A stretch of 64,000 nucleotides of DNA from Phoronis australis (Eukaryota; Animalia; Phoronida), in contig NMRA01000102.1 in assembly GCA_002633005.1 (NCBI GenBank), forward strand, positions 1-64,000. Direction: 5' to 3'. The position numbers and the translations under genes are program-made. Positions 13,884-25,798 of the stretch are shown piece by piece (positions within the stretch are counted from its first letter, which is position 1; each line of letters begins with the position of its first letter). Under the pieces are notes generated by a model, which was not told the origin of the DNA, made no database searches, and was given only the letters and a program-made list of their open reading frames with translations.

Positions 13884-14147
13884 GTATGAAATATATTTTG
13901 ATAAAAATTACAGAAATATTCCTTTAAGATTCACTTGTAAATAGTTAGTGCACTTCTTAACTTCTGATTTCCTCATCAATCACATCTTCATGCATTATAA
14001 GTTTTTGTTCTAATGATTGATGCAACTTCATTTATAAAGCACGTACAATATGTGTCACAATAGTTTGTTCACCAAATTCTGACTAAACATTGTATAATCT
14101 CCATCTGCAGGTAATAACTCTTCTCACTCTGTTCCCATCTGCTCACA

Positions 14148-15070
14148 TTTTATGCGCCCACATTTTATATGTCTGTGCATATTGCCCGTCATCTCTGTCT
14201 GGGCGTCCGGTGTCCGCAGCTGTTATCTCCTTAACCCCTTACAAGATCTTGATGAGATTTGGCATATGTCTTTCTATGGGTTTAACGACAGTTAACAACG
14301 AATTTCAGACAGATCCGACTACTGGTATGTCCCCTAGTGGCAATTTTATTTTTTTACGTTTACCTCTGTATCTTCAAAAGTTGTAAGCGGATTTTCATGA
14401 AATTTGGTACATAGGCATTTATTAGTGACGTGACGCTATCCTCTTGTGGCCATTTTTACTGTTTCGAATCTGTTTTTGGCGTCTGCCCAACTATCAAACA
14501 AACCACTCTAAGGATGATGGTGAAAATTGGCATATTATGTTCTTGGTGTGGAGAGGATGGTTCACAATGATTTTCCGATGACTTTGACAGCTGTGGCACC
14601 TCCTAGTGGCAGTTTTTTTTGCACCCATAGCTGTATCTCTCAAAACCTCGAATGATTTTGATGACATTTAGCAGATGTGTTCTTATAAAGCTGACAACGA
14701 ATGGCAGCGAATTTCAGACAGATCCGACAACCGGTGTGCCCCCTAGTGCCAATCTTAATTTTTACATTTACCTCTGTATCTTCAAAGGTCCGCAATGGAT
14801 TTTCATGAAATTTGGCGCATAGGCATCTGTTAGTGAGCTTATGCTATCCTTCCGTTTTTGGATGGATTCAAGGTATTTTGTGTCACCTAGTCACCTACTG
14901 TTTTTGAGTGTTTTTAGCACCCGCCGCTCTATCTACCAAGCCACTCTAAGGATGATTGTGAAAATTGGCATATATGTTCTTAGTGAGAAGAGGATAGTTT
15001 ACGATGATTTTCTGACTTCGACTACTGCGGCACCTCCTGATGGCAGTTTTTTTTACGCCCATAGTCATGC
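14148..15070 (+). mobile_element. Helentron/DINE-like dispersed repeat with internal tandem units
   Basis: Recurring CC(C/T)CTAGTGGC and ATGAAATTTGG units. Homologous pieces at about 985-1130, 2160-2400, 2995-3150, 4390-4715, 16775-17011 + 22026-22749 and 34530-35872. Confidence 0.6.
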
Positions 15071-18000
15071 TATGAACAGTCCCACTAAATAAGATTGGTC
15101 CTAACCCCGCTCGTCAAGGTAAACGGTGGGGTATGGAAAATTGAACTAGACCGTATTTTTCCACTTTGGCTGAGTCGCGCTCAGCTCACGATCAAAGGGA
15201 TGCCGCCAAGCTGCTCTATTCATCGAGTCACCAGTGAGGATAATTGGCTTTGCTCATGCGGATATGATCAGCTGATTACAATCTACCTAGCAGACTGTAC
15301 TTTTTATGGAGAGAGTTACAAGTAGTTTTTACTGTAATATTTGAAAAGAAGAGCGAAAACAAATATGAGTACAACTTTGAATTTTTCAAATCGGCCCAGG
15401 ATAAGAGATTTTGCAACACAGCAACACTCACGATTACTTTCAATCGGCGCGCACGAATACAAAAATATAGGACCCAAGTTATTTAGATTTTGGAACACAT
15501 GCATTGCAATATTCAAAATACGTTTATTATGAATCTTACAAGCTGTAAAACGACGTTGTTTAATTTCATTGTGCTCATTCATTGTCATCCGTCAAATCGG
15601 CAATTTCCGAGATGTGATCTGCGGCGTGCGCGTATGTGTACAAAACACGTGATTGTTATGTTCCTGAAGTACGAAAATTAAGAAACTTTAGCATGCCGTT
15701 ATTATTGACAGGGACACGATAAAACGAATTTGGATTTTGACTATAGTCTTGATACAGCGAGCTGGCTGACCACTGCGTCAGTGTCTCCGTTAGACCCAGA
15801 AATTTCACACAGCCCGGGTAGTTCACTTCGTCCCCAACATGTAGATCGAGCCTTGGACTATTAATACTCCACGGTAGAGCTAACGACCGTCGGCCTGTGC
15901 ACACAAAATCTGTGAGTTAACCAGCACTCACCTTGCACGTTGCAGCCGTTTAAATGAAAAAAACAATCTAGTAAACGCCATTTTCCTGCATAATCCTCCG
16001 CCTTTTGTAACAAAAAAGTCTATCGTCGATGACCCACACACGCACGCAGACGAACTTCAAAACAAACGTCACGTGACAATAACATGTGTGTTCATCCAGA
16101 GATTTTTCTCGTGTTGTGGGGTACGATGTAGCGCAGATTTGCACTTAATCGCAATTAATCTGGACTCCACATGAAATTTAAAAATTGTAGAACACAAGGA
16201 AGATTTCAGGTAATTTGTTGAGTCGAAACTATGTTTTTATTCAAGAGTTCAAGTTTCCTATTGACGATGGCGATTCAGCGACGCATCAGTCGGCAAGTTT
16301 TCGCCCTGTGATGAGCACAATTTTTTGAAAAATTATCGTAATTTAACAACGGAAGTTCATAGCAATGCACCACAATTTTGTAGAAAGAGTGTCATAGGCT
16401 AAAAATACGTCACAGAGCGTAAATTTTATGAATCCTAGCTTCCGATTTTACCCGTTTGGGAAACCGGCTTTCAACTGCCGTAGGCTACAATGAGAATCCC
16501 CTCCCCGTGAAATGAAGTTTTCTAAGCATTTATTAGATCCAGTACAGTATACAGCTTTCCACCAAGGCTAGGTGATGCTATGACATTATTCTTTGTTGCA
16601 TTAGTAACTGGTCTTGGCTAATATTATCATTTTATGGCCTGGTCATCCATTCAGCCAAAAGTAGTTCCAGAGGTGGCTTATCAGCCAATTATTCACGCAT
16701 GCTGACTCACAATAGAAGCATGATAAGAGTGGAGGTGGATAAATGCAGTGTGCCTACAGTTTCTTGTGGTAGTGGATGTGTTCACAACATGGTTGTATCT
16801 CCTTAACCCACTGCAGGATCTTTATTAAATTTAGCAAGAGTGTTTATATGAAGTTGACGAGGGAGGACGATGACTTTCTGAAATATCCAAAAAGCGCTGT
16901 GCCCTCTGGTGGCAATTTAATTTTTTTTTTCTGTTTCCTCAGTTTCTTTGGAGTTCCTGGATGGATTTTTAGGCAAAATGGTAAATAGGTTTCTATTAAA
17001 GAAATGAGATGTTAAAAGAAAATGCCACCCAAAAAAAAACCTAATTTGTATCAATTTAGATCGAGTAGTTCTACTTTATAACGGCACGTTCGGTTGCGTT
17101 ACCTGACGGCAGACGGAGGTGTTGAAATTATCCAATGACGTCATTGGTTTCGCACGCAGTCTGTTCAGCAGTTCACAACACGGGTAACTGGTGTCAGCTT
17201 ATCGCTTGAATTCATCGTAATAATCAAACTTCAGTGTAAAACCCTTAAAAATACTCTGAGCTCTTATAAAAACTTGTTATTTCGCTGTTACGGATTTATT
17301 GGTATTTGGACACACCGTAGCCTACAAAGTTCAGCAGGCCAATTTACCAAGGTCCATAGCAGGTGTTTGGGGTCTGTTCGGAGATAAATTCGAAGTATTC
17401 TTCCGTGAAATACAGACAGGAGAACCTAGAATTGTGTTGTTTAGACTTGTGATTTTTTGAGTTCTAAACACAAAACGCTCATTATCTCGGCCAGTGAGTG
17501 GGTCGGAACCCAATCAGGCCCGTCGTGGCCAGACTGACTCGTTATCCCGGCCAGTGGCTCGGAACCCAATCAGAATCGTCGCTGCTGGGAGTGGCATGAA
17601 CATAAACCAGCTTGAGTTGGAAACTAAACCTCCAGTCATGAAAAGACTATAATAGTGAGCCAAAGAAATAATATGAATTAGCCACGAAACTGAAAATCTA
17701 CTTACATGTCGGAGGCCGCGAAGTCGGGTTCCCCTTCCACAGACCGTCAGGGAATAGGATGTACAGTAACAATGATTTGAATAATGTATTTGTATTTCTA
17801 AATAAAGATTCCCCTAACATGTGACTATAGCATATGAAATCAAGTAATTGTTTCACAACAGCTTTCTGTCAGCAAACCCTGAATTAGCATGCGCTCACAC
17901 GGCCTCGGTGCCCGGTCAATTACCTTTATTTCCGGCATCAAAAGCCGGTAATGCAGTGGTTTATTCATTGCTGGCTTCTCAACATTTGCACTCACGAATA

Positions 18001-18111
18001 CTGCATAACAAATTGTATCTAATGAGACAGACTTTGTTTCAGTTTTATATAAGTATTGGATAGGATGAGAATATAAATACTTAGGTAAATAAAACAACAA
18101 GAATGGATCAA

Positions 18112-18149
18112 CTGAAATTTTCGGATATAATAACGTCCTTCGTCAACAG
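18112..18149 (-). ncRNA. Minimal hammerhead-like motif at Penelope 3' end
   Basis: CTG TTGACGA A GGA-cgttattata-TCC GAAAATTTC AG, downstream of the GIY-YIG stop. Confidence 0.5.
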
Positions 18150-19259
18150 AAACAGAAATAAAGTAAAATCAAACACTACATGACAATTGACATTTAAGAT
18201 GTGGTGTAATGAATATGATAAATTGTTGCGGAAAAAAATCAGTGATATGATTTTAGAAGTTTTTATGTTTAATCCATGAGGTTCTAGTGTATTGAGCTTG
18301 TCTATCCAATATTGTTCTCTTTGGAGTCTGTGAGGTGTTGGAGTTTTTCTATTACTTGTACAGAAAGATCTTGAACATTATGATTTTTGGAATTGAAATG
18401 ATTACCTATAGTATCAGAAATGTTTTTATGTATTATGTTAAATCTATGATTACGAAACTGAGTTTGTAGATTATGTTGAGTTTGTCCTACGTATTGGATA
18501 GAACATTTTTTACAAGTTATAAGGTAATTAATATTGTTGGTGGTGCAAATCAGAAAAATGTTTTATTTCAAAGTTTTCATTGGTTTGGGAAGACTGGAAA
18601 AAAGTGCTATCGTTGATAAAGTTACACATTTTACACCTAGTTTTGTTACATTGTGTGTTGCCAGTAGGTTTGTCAGTTTGGTGTATATTGTCGATATTAG
18701 CTTTAACTAAATAATTTTTTAGATTTTTACATTTTCTCCAAGAAATTATAGGTAGATGAGGAAATAGGTTTTTCATTTGAGGGGAAATATGCAGCGTGGA
18801 AAGATGTTTCCTGAAGACGTGGCTAATTCCGTTTAAACATGGATTGAACCATAGATTATAGACAACAGATTCGCAACTCCGGCATTTTCTTACGTGCCAG
18901 CTGAACTCTCGTGACCTTTCTGGTACAGTTTCCAGTTAGTGTATTTTGACGAGAAATATTTGCATCTACTTTACTGTCCAAAACAACAAAAAAATATTAA
19001 TTTCGGTATTGAAACGCTTTTCAAAGTCTTTCAATAGTAGAAGTGTTGGTATCGTGAGTACTTTTGGCAATGCTACTGGTAATTAATTACGAAATTCAAA
19101 CTTCGGTGCCGACTGATTATCTCGTCTGCTTGTCCAATAACAGCATAGTTATCAGACAGTTAGTGATTTATGGTTCACATAGGCCTACTGAGAAAAGTAC
19201 GAAAGCATGTTTATAAATCAACATTCTCAAGTGAGCAGTTCTTCTGGGAATTGTTGAGT

Positions 19260-19316
19260 GGCCCTTAAAAGGGCCGTTGGTTGTAGCTATAGCGTGAAAT
19301 GGTTCTTAAAAGAACC
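19260..19316 (-). terminator. Two tandem histone-mRNA-type 3' stem-loops
   Basis: Minus strand: GGTTCT-TTTA-AGAACC (19316-19301) and CCAAC GGCCCT-TTTA-AGGGCC ACTCA (19275-19260), followed by the purine-rich CAGAAGAACTG. Confidence 0.75.
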
Positions 19317-19326
19317 ATTGAATAAT

Positions 19327-19637
19327 TCAACATAAATCGCACAGTATACCATGCTCACTCAAGTACTGAAGGTCCTCTTCATTCAAGTTTTCATCTGGGA
19401 AGGTTGGATGAAAACAGAGGAGATGACAATATCGATAACAGTTGTAACACCTTAAATATATATTACCGTTCACCAACGTTGTCACGAACTCTGCATCATT
19501 CAGTTCTTGTTCCTTTTTCCACAATCCTGAACTGTAGGGAAAGAATGACAGACAACACAACGAATCAAATTTCGAAAATCATCGCCTTCGTATGATTCCT
19601 TTTTGCTGTCACCAGAATGATGTTCTCCAACGTCCAT
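19327..19637 (-). pseudogene. Small PHD-finger-like passenger ORF (about 103 aa, one frameshift near 19520)
   Basis: Joining ORF-track frames 19500..19736 and 19327..19560 gives MDVGE...IRCVVCHSF...YLRCYNCYRYCHLLCFHP...GILCDLC*, a C4-H-C3 spacing. Confidence 0.65.
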
Positions 19638-22600
19638 CGTAAAAAATCGATGTTGCAAGTGATGGTTCAGGTTTTGTGCCGCATACAGTCGACCTGAATA
19701 ATTGAGTATGTAACCTGCTGTTGAATTGTGCGGCATACAGTCGACATTAATAATTGAGTATGTAACCTGCTGTTGAATTGCAAGATAGATTTTGACAGGT
19801 CCAGGTGCTTATTTCTGAAGTATTATTGTAATCTTTATTTATGTTAAAGGTTTAACTAGCGTCCTATTTATTTGTACACGATTCAGTGTGAAGTTGTTGA
19901 AATCGCTGATCCAAATCCTGGCCAAATGTGCGCATTATGCTGAGACCAACCGTCTGATCAGGGCCACCGAAGAGTAATTTGGTTAATTCGCTCACTAGAC
20001 TATGGCTGAAGGTCCTCATGAGGACAATAGTTCACCAGTCACTACCTTTGGAAGAAATTTAGCGGACATTTTTCGTCAAAAAGATTACCACATAGCTTTC
20101 ATCAAAACGGAGAAAAGAAAAATGGATTTGTGAAGACAGGATTAAGTAGTAGACCTACCAGGGCCTCTTAAAAAAAACACCCATCTTCGAAGTGACGTGA
20201 ACAAATGTACAAATTCCTTTTGGAGTAACAACTTCCATTCACGTTCACAGGAGGAGTTAACTTTTCCTCCCACAGCAGATTTTTGGGGTCTTCGTACGCT
20301 ATGAAAGCTTATCCCTTTGCATTTCGCGTGTATGGCGGAACAACCGGCCACACAGCAGCCGACCCTGATTAGCAGACGATGTACTTGCCGGAAATTGCAC
20401 CAGCAAATTTAGCCAGGTGTTGCCAGTGAATAATGACGTAAGGGCTTGTGCGCAAGATCACAGATTTCGTCCATTGAAAGTATATGGAGTTGGCGGTCCA
20501 TGTACTATATAGTCTATGATTGAACATAGTTATGAATGAATGGTATTCTATTAGTAGTATTGCTTTTAGTTTTAGTTCTTAAAGATTCATTTCGTGTGAT
20601 TGAATGGACTTTGTCAAACTGTTTGTGTTTAAGGTGTAAGGTGAAATGACGTTGAACTAGATAGTACTTGAGTTCTTTTAAACGATTATTAAAGGAAGTC
20701 TCTTCTGAACAAATGCGTCGAATTCTTAGGGCAAGGCTATATGGAAGGCTTTTCTTGCAATGAAAGGGATGACACGAGTGATATGACAGGTATTGGTGTT
20801 TGTCAGTTTCTTTACAGAATAAGTCAGTTTCTAGTTTATCATTATTAAGGGTGACAGTTACATCTAAAAATGAGACTTTACTTTGAGAAATGTCATGAGA
20901 GAACTTTATAGTAGGGTGAAATTTGTTAATATTTTCTAAAATTACATCTAATTTTTGTGGGCCATGGGTCCAGATCATAAAAATGTCGTCAAAAATTAAT
21001 GTACCTTAGCCAGAGAAGAGGTTTTTCAGAGCAGGATTTGATGAAGCTGTTTTCAAGATTTTCCATAAGAAGTTTGGCAAAAGTAGGAGCAACCCTAGTG
21101 CCCATAGCTGTAGCTAACATGTTCAAGAAGAGAGCGAATAAAAGATGTAGGTACATTAGGATTGTTACGTTGACTAAGAAACTTGGTACAGGCTTCTATG
21201 CCTTCATGTTGAGGAATATTAGTGTATAAGCTTTTAACATCAAGAGTTACGAGAAGGGCATTTTTAGGTAAATCACTAATGTTTTTAATTATATCAAGCA
21301 AATGATTCGTATCTTTAACATATGAAGGAAGGGTGAAGACAAATTGCTGAAGATGGTAGTCGGCAGTAGGGCAGTTGTTGCTGGCTATAATTGGGCGTCC
21401 AGGATTACCTTATTTGAGAGTAACTTATTTTGAAACAGAACGCAGAATAATAAACGTCTACATGGCAACTCACCCGGCGCCAATCCTGACTTAGTTAGTC
21501 AAGAGCTTATCCGACGAAGACTTCACGGGTCGGATCGTTAGGTTTCACAGGCTATTAATTCGAACCGGAATACACTGATCAAGAAATACTGGAGAGGCAC
21601 CGTGAACATGCAACGGAAAGTATGGATAGTTCTTTGGTGAGCCGGTATTCGACAGTTGACGAAATGCCTGCGACAGACACGGAGATGTTTCACGGCCTCA
21701 TACTTGCTATTAACAGCGTACCTTTCATTCTTCACTACCGCAAGCCACTTCCTAAGCATTTCGGGCTCTCGAGGAAGTCGAAAAAACGATATACCCGCTT
21801 TTTTCGCAGCTTCATAGTTCGGACAAGTGGGAAAGATGCACCGCGATATAGCGGCATTCACTCTGCAGACGAACCACTGACGTCGCTGCGTCGTTTCTCA
21901 ACTTCCTCACAGGTTAACGAGACACCTCTCGGCAAGATGAGGTTGACCGTATAAGAGGCAATGTGGATATAGACCGGTTGTAACGGTAAAAAAGACTAAT
22001 TAAATAGGGTGGCATTCTCCTTTAATGTTTTCAGAAGCATTTGATGCATTTTGCACCACCTAGTGGCCATTTTTTTGCTGTTTTCCATCTTATTTTTTGC
22101 CATGTGTTCCATTCATTCACCAAACCACTGTATGGATGATTATGAAATTTGACATACGTGTACCTTCGTACAGCTCCAACTACAGTGGCTCCTCCCAGTG
22201 GCAGTTTTTTTGGTCAGTGGCTGTATCTGCTAAACCCTCTGCAGGACCTTTGTTAATTTTTTGTTTATTTGTTTTCTTTGTTATCTTTGGAGTTTGGCGA
22301 TGAAATCTTTCCGTTTTTAGATGAATTAGATGTAGTGCACGCCTCCTAGTCGCTGTTTTTATTATATTTGAGTCTGTTTTTAGCGAAACCAATCTTAGGA
22401 TAATTATGAAATTTGTTACATATTTGTTCTTACTATAAAGAGGACAGCCGACAATAATTTTTTAATGGCACCGACTACTGTGGTGTCTCCTAGTGCATAT
22501 TTTGCATCTGTGGCTATGGTTCCTAGAGGCAATTTTGCCTTAAGTTTGTATCTCTGAAGATTTTAGATGGATTTTCATGAAATTTGGCAAATAGCTTTCG

Positions 22601-23134
22601 AGAGACGGTGATATCTTCCCATTTTTGGATGGTTCAATGTATTATGCGCCATCTAATGGCCATTTTTAGGGTACTAAATACACCACCTAGAAGCACACCG
22701 TAAGCCGTGCAGTCGTGGGCACATTACAACACTCCACGTTGCTCTTGTTCTCATTTATGCAGTTCAGTTCTTACAAACTTGGAGTCTTTTCTCATTAACC
22801 GCAGGGGGAAGGTCTTGCTCTGCCTGATCTCAAGCCCCTCACTCACCTGAGGGGAAACATGTCTGCGCCTTATTTTGGGGGTATTTTTCAGTTGAGGAAA
22901 AATTTCCCCTTGCCCTCATATAAAGACAATGAAGGGAATTTTCTTAAAATTTTACATATTTGTCATGGGGAATTGGTGATATTTGACCCCAAAATTGAGG
23001 CATCGAGGGGTCTGTATCTAGTAATGAGGCACTGTGACCTGTAGGTGAAGTGTACTATTGCATATAATCAGAGCTAGACATTAGATCTCTTAGTTAATTT
23101 TGGTCCAATACATAAATGTTTGTTGTTGTTTCAG

Positions 23135-23190
23135 ATATTAAGAATCACAAGTCCGGGACAGTGGAGGACCAAGATAACGTGCTAAGCTAA
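23135..23190 (+). CDS. TDRKH: Probable terminal coding exon of TDRKH-like gene
   Basis: Strong acceptor tgttgttgtttcag|, phase 1 compatible: (D)IKNHKSGTVEDQDNVLS*. AATAAA overlaps the stop (23189-23194). No conserved residues to confirm it. Confidence 0.55.
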
Positions 23191-23914
23191 TAAACTAAGA
23201 ATTCTAGATGCCTTTGACTCTTTTATGGTCTCAAAAGCTTCATTCCATGTATGTCTGCCTACCCTTGCAAGCAGGAGTAGTGCAGAACCAGACAAGTGAT
23301 GTACTGGAGTGTCAGTATAATCATTATTGCTACACAACACCAGTTGGTCAGGTCTGAAAAGATGTCACTTGAGGCTTGTCTTGATCTTGGTATCTCTTGC
23401 CATCTATGCGGACATCACGCAGTTCACTGAGCCATCAAGACTAGCGGACAATAACATAAGTATATCCACACAGAGTTGAATGCATCCTTGGTGATGTGGC
23501 AAACATTCACAGCAAATTGTTTGAGCAAGGAAAACGTGCAGCTTTAGCTACATTTAAAACTGTTGCATCTTTTGTGAGAAACCGCTGTGATTCAAGTGAA
23601 ACTTTTAGATTCTGTGCACCCTCCAGATGGTTTGTTTTTAAAATGTTTCACTTTTGCATCTCAAAAATACGACTTATGATCTTTGCAGAAAACGAATACA
23701 AAAGAATAATTCAGAAAACTAAGACTGTTTTTGACATATCAGCTTACATATAAACACCTCAACACAGGTTTGGAAATTTGTATTCATTTGTCCATGTCGT
23801 CATTACTTTTGGTTTATTTATATCATGTTGCATACCAATGGAAAGCTCATTCCCCTTTCCATCAATAACACATTTCGTAAATAAATTAATGATATGCGCA
23901 AAAAGGGTTTCATC

Positions 23915-24520
23915 TACAAGTGAATGTAGCAAACTTCCCTGTTTTTGTTAAGCAGTGTCACCACCTGACACCGGGGGGTAAACACCAAATTTGTGAGACA
24001 CTGAATGATAGCATGTAACTCCTGCTGTTCAGAAGCTCGGTATGAATCACAAGTATGCAAATTGCATTTGGAGTGCCCAGTTTGCAGCTTTCTTCAAATG
24101 CACAGCAAATGGGGTGGCCTGTGTGCAGCTCAGACTTTAACGCTATGGAATACCTGTGGGACCAACTTGGAAGGGTTGTATGTTTGCGAGTGAACAACAC
24201 AACAACTGTGGCTGATTGGTGGCGCTTACTGACTTAGAAGTGTAAAGCTATCACCACACAGCAACGCGTCGCCAGGCTAGTAATCAGCATGCGGTGCGTC
24301 ACAGTTGTGGCTGTGAATGGTTCATGAACCAGATACTGAGAAAACTATCACTGCTGTCTATCAGTCAGTTTTTCAATAAATAAAATATTTTAAGTGTTGC
24401 CAAGTTGTTATAAGTTTTTAATAGCATGAAAACCAGCTCTGTAATTGCTTTTGAAAAAGCGGAATGCTCAAACTTGAATACACATTTGGCTCCAACTGAA
24501 TTTGCAACATTCACTTTGAG
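23915..24520 (+). mobile_element. Tc1-like transposase remnant between the two convergent genes
   Basis: MGWPVCSSDFNAMEYLWDQLGR resembles WP..SPDLNPIE.LW. Inverted AAGTGAATGT(A/T)GCAAA at about 23918 and 24500. True ends may lie further out. Confidence 0.7.
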
Positions 24521-25266
24521 ACCAAGCCTCCTCTGGCAGTAAAGTTACTAATTCAAATTTACATACCGGAAGCGTAGATTGACACACGAGTTAAGTGACA
24601 CCTCCGTTGGGAATTTCCTCAGAAAATATCGTCGGAGTTGGGAATGTGTAATGTATGATCAATGTTCGTAGTAAGGGCGTTACAAATTTTTCTAACAGAA
24701 CATTGTTCAAATAATCACAAAACTTTAAGACATTTTTGTTTTTTTAGGTGTCGATTGTGTTGTGCTCTATCTCCCAGTTAACTGTTACTTATGAACTGTC
24801 GCTGTTTGGGCAAATTTTTCTGTGATCTTTTTCCCAACTGTTACTCGTGGTAAGATAGCAAACGAGAATTCTTGAACTAAACTAGACAAGATGCGTGCTT
24901 CACAAGGAAGGAGTCTTGCTAGTCATGGAGGGATTACGCGGGTGTTGACATGTTTTGTAAGCTAGAGACAGAAAATTCCCGTCACTGAAAATGATTAGAC
25001 GGTTTCACCGAACCCTTCAATTATGGGAGATACGGTTCACAAACACCCAGAATACTTCTACATTGATTAACTAGGTAAAGATTTCTAGCTGCACTTGTCT
25101 TGCAAGCAAATGTTATTATTGAATATTCTCCAGCATACAGTAATCCCTTGACTACCAAACACTTGATCACGTTGTTACACTGTAGTACACTGTCTCTTTA
25201 CATCCACATTGTTACACTGTAGTACACTGTCTCTTTACATCCCCAGGGCACTTTTATCTCAGCTGT

Positions 25267-25318
25267 TTACACCAATTTTCTGTTTTCTCTTCTCTCATAA
25301 ATCATGGCTGTGAATCTC
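25267..25318 (-). CDS. PEMT: PEMT terminal coding exon
   Basis: ctttttgtag| RFTAMIYERRENRKLV*. The six exons sum to 600 nt (199 aa + stop) with all phases consistent. Confidence 0.92.
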
Positions 25319-25798
25319 CTACAAAAAGATTGCCTGAAATGAACATCAGCACCAACTGCTTCAAGTTTTAAAAGGACGCTTTATTTCGAAGGGTAACTAA
25401 GTTTTAATTGGAATGAACCAAATATACCCTTCGTTATGTGTTGAAGTGTACAAGGTACTAGAGAAAATATGGACATAATAAGCGCATCAAAATTCACATT
25501 TAGAGTTGATCAAGAAGAACTAGATATTAGAATTAATTAGTCACTTGATTTGAAGTTGGCTGTTGGGGCTTAACGACTTGAACATCAATTGAAAGATTCC
25601 CTGCAGCATTTGATTTGGCGAAAACTGAGTCAACAAATGCGACCACCTCGCATCATCCATGTATTCAAAACTGTAAATCGGAGAATGATTCTAGCATATC
25701 CAATAAACCAACACCCCTCTATGAATGGCCAGCTAATTATCAAAATCAATATCAATCCCATTTCAACATTCACAAAAGGTTTTTAAGAGTAGGCATAC

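Larger units (their letters stand above)
18850..20518 (-). mobile_element. P-element-like non-autonomous DNA transposon nested in the Penelope element
   Basis: Ends CATAGATTATA...TATAGTCTATG with a perfect 7-bp TSD ATTGAAC (18843-49, 20519-25). Removing it rejoins the Penelope frame (IPF..FNPCLNGISHVFRKH). Frameshifted THAP at about 20370-20170: GCCVAGCS..KGISFH / LYICSRHFEDGCF. Confidence 0.75.
18074..21414 (-). mobile_element. 5'-truncated, decayed Penelope-like retroelement (Neptune-like), RT + GIY-YIG
   Basis: GNPGRPII, LVTLDVKSLYTNIP, AMGT, DDIFMIWTHG, FLDV, thumb region, Cys linker CNKTRCKMC and endonuclease YLITCKKCSIQYVGQT...REQYWIDKLNTLEPHGLN. Flanked by TGAGAATA / TGAGAGTA. Confidence 0.9.
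17016..22021 (-). mobile_element. Kolobok-like element copy 2, inverted, interrupted by a Penelope-like element
   Basis: TTAA at 17012-15 and 22022-25; same TIR. 17016-18073 and 21415-22021 are the reverse complement of copy 1. THAP frame 21538..21861: CIFPTC..ISFFRLP..RKW..LRVCRRHF. Confidence 0.85.

Noticed and set aside
19945-19975. ACCAACCGTCTGATCAGGGCCACCGAAGAG, a possible third histone stem-loop in the P-like element
   Set aside because: The 5' arm does not pair with AGGGCC; at best a decayed relic, to revisit with a family consensus.
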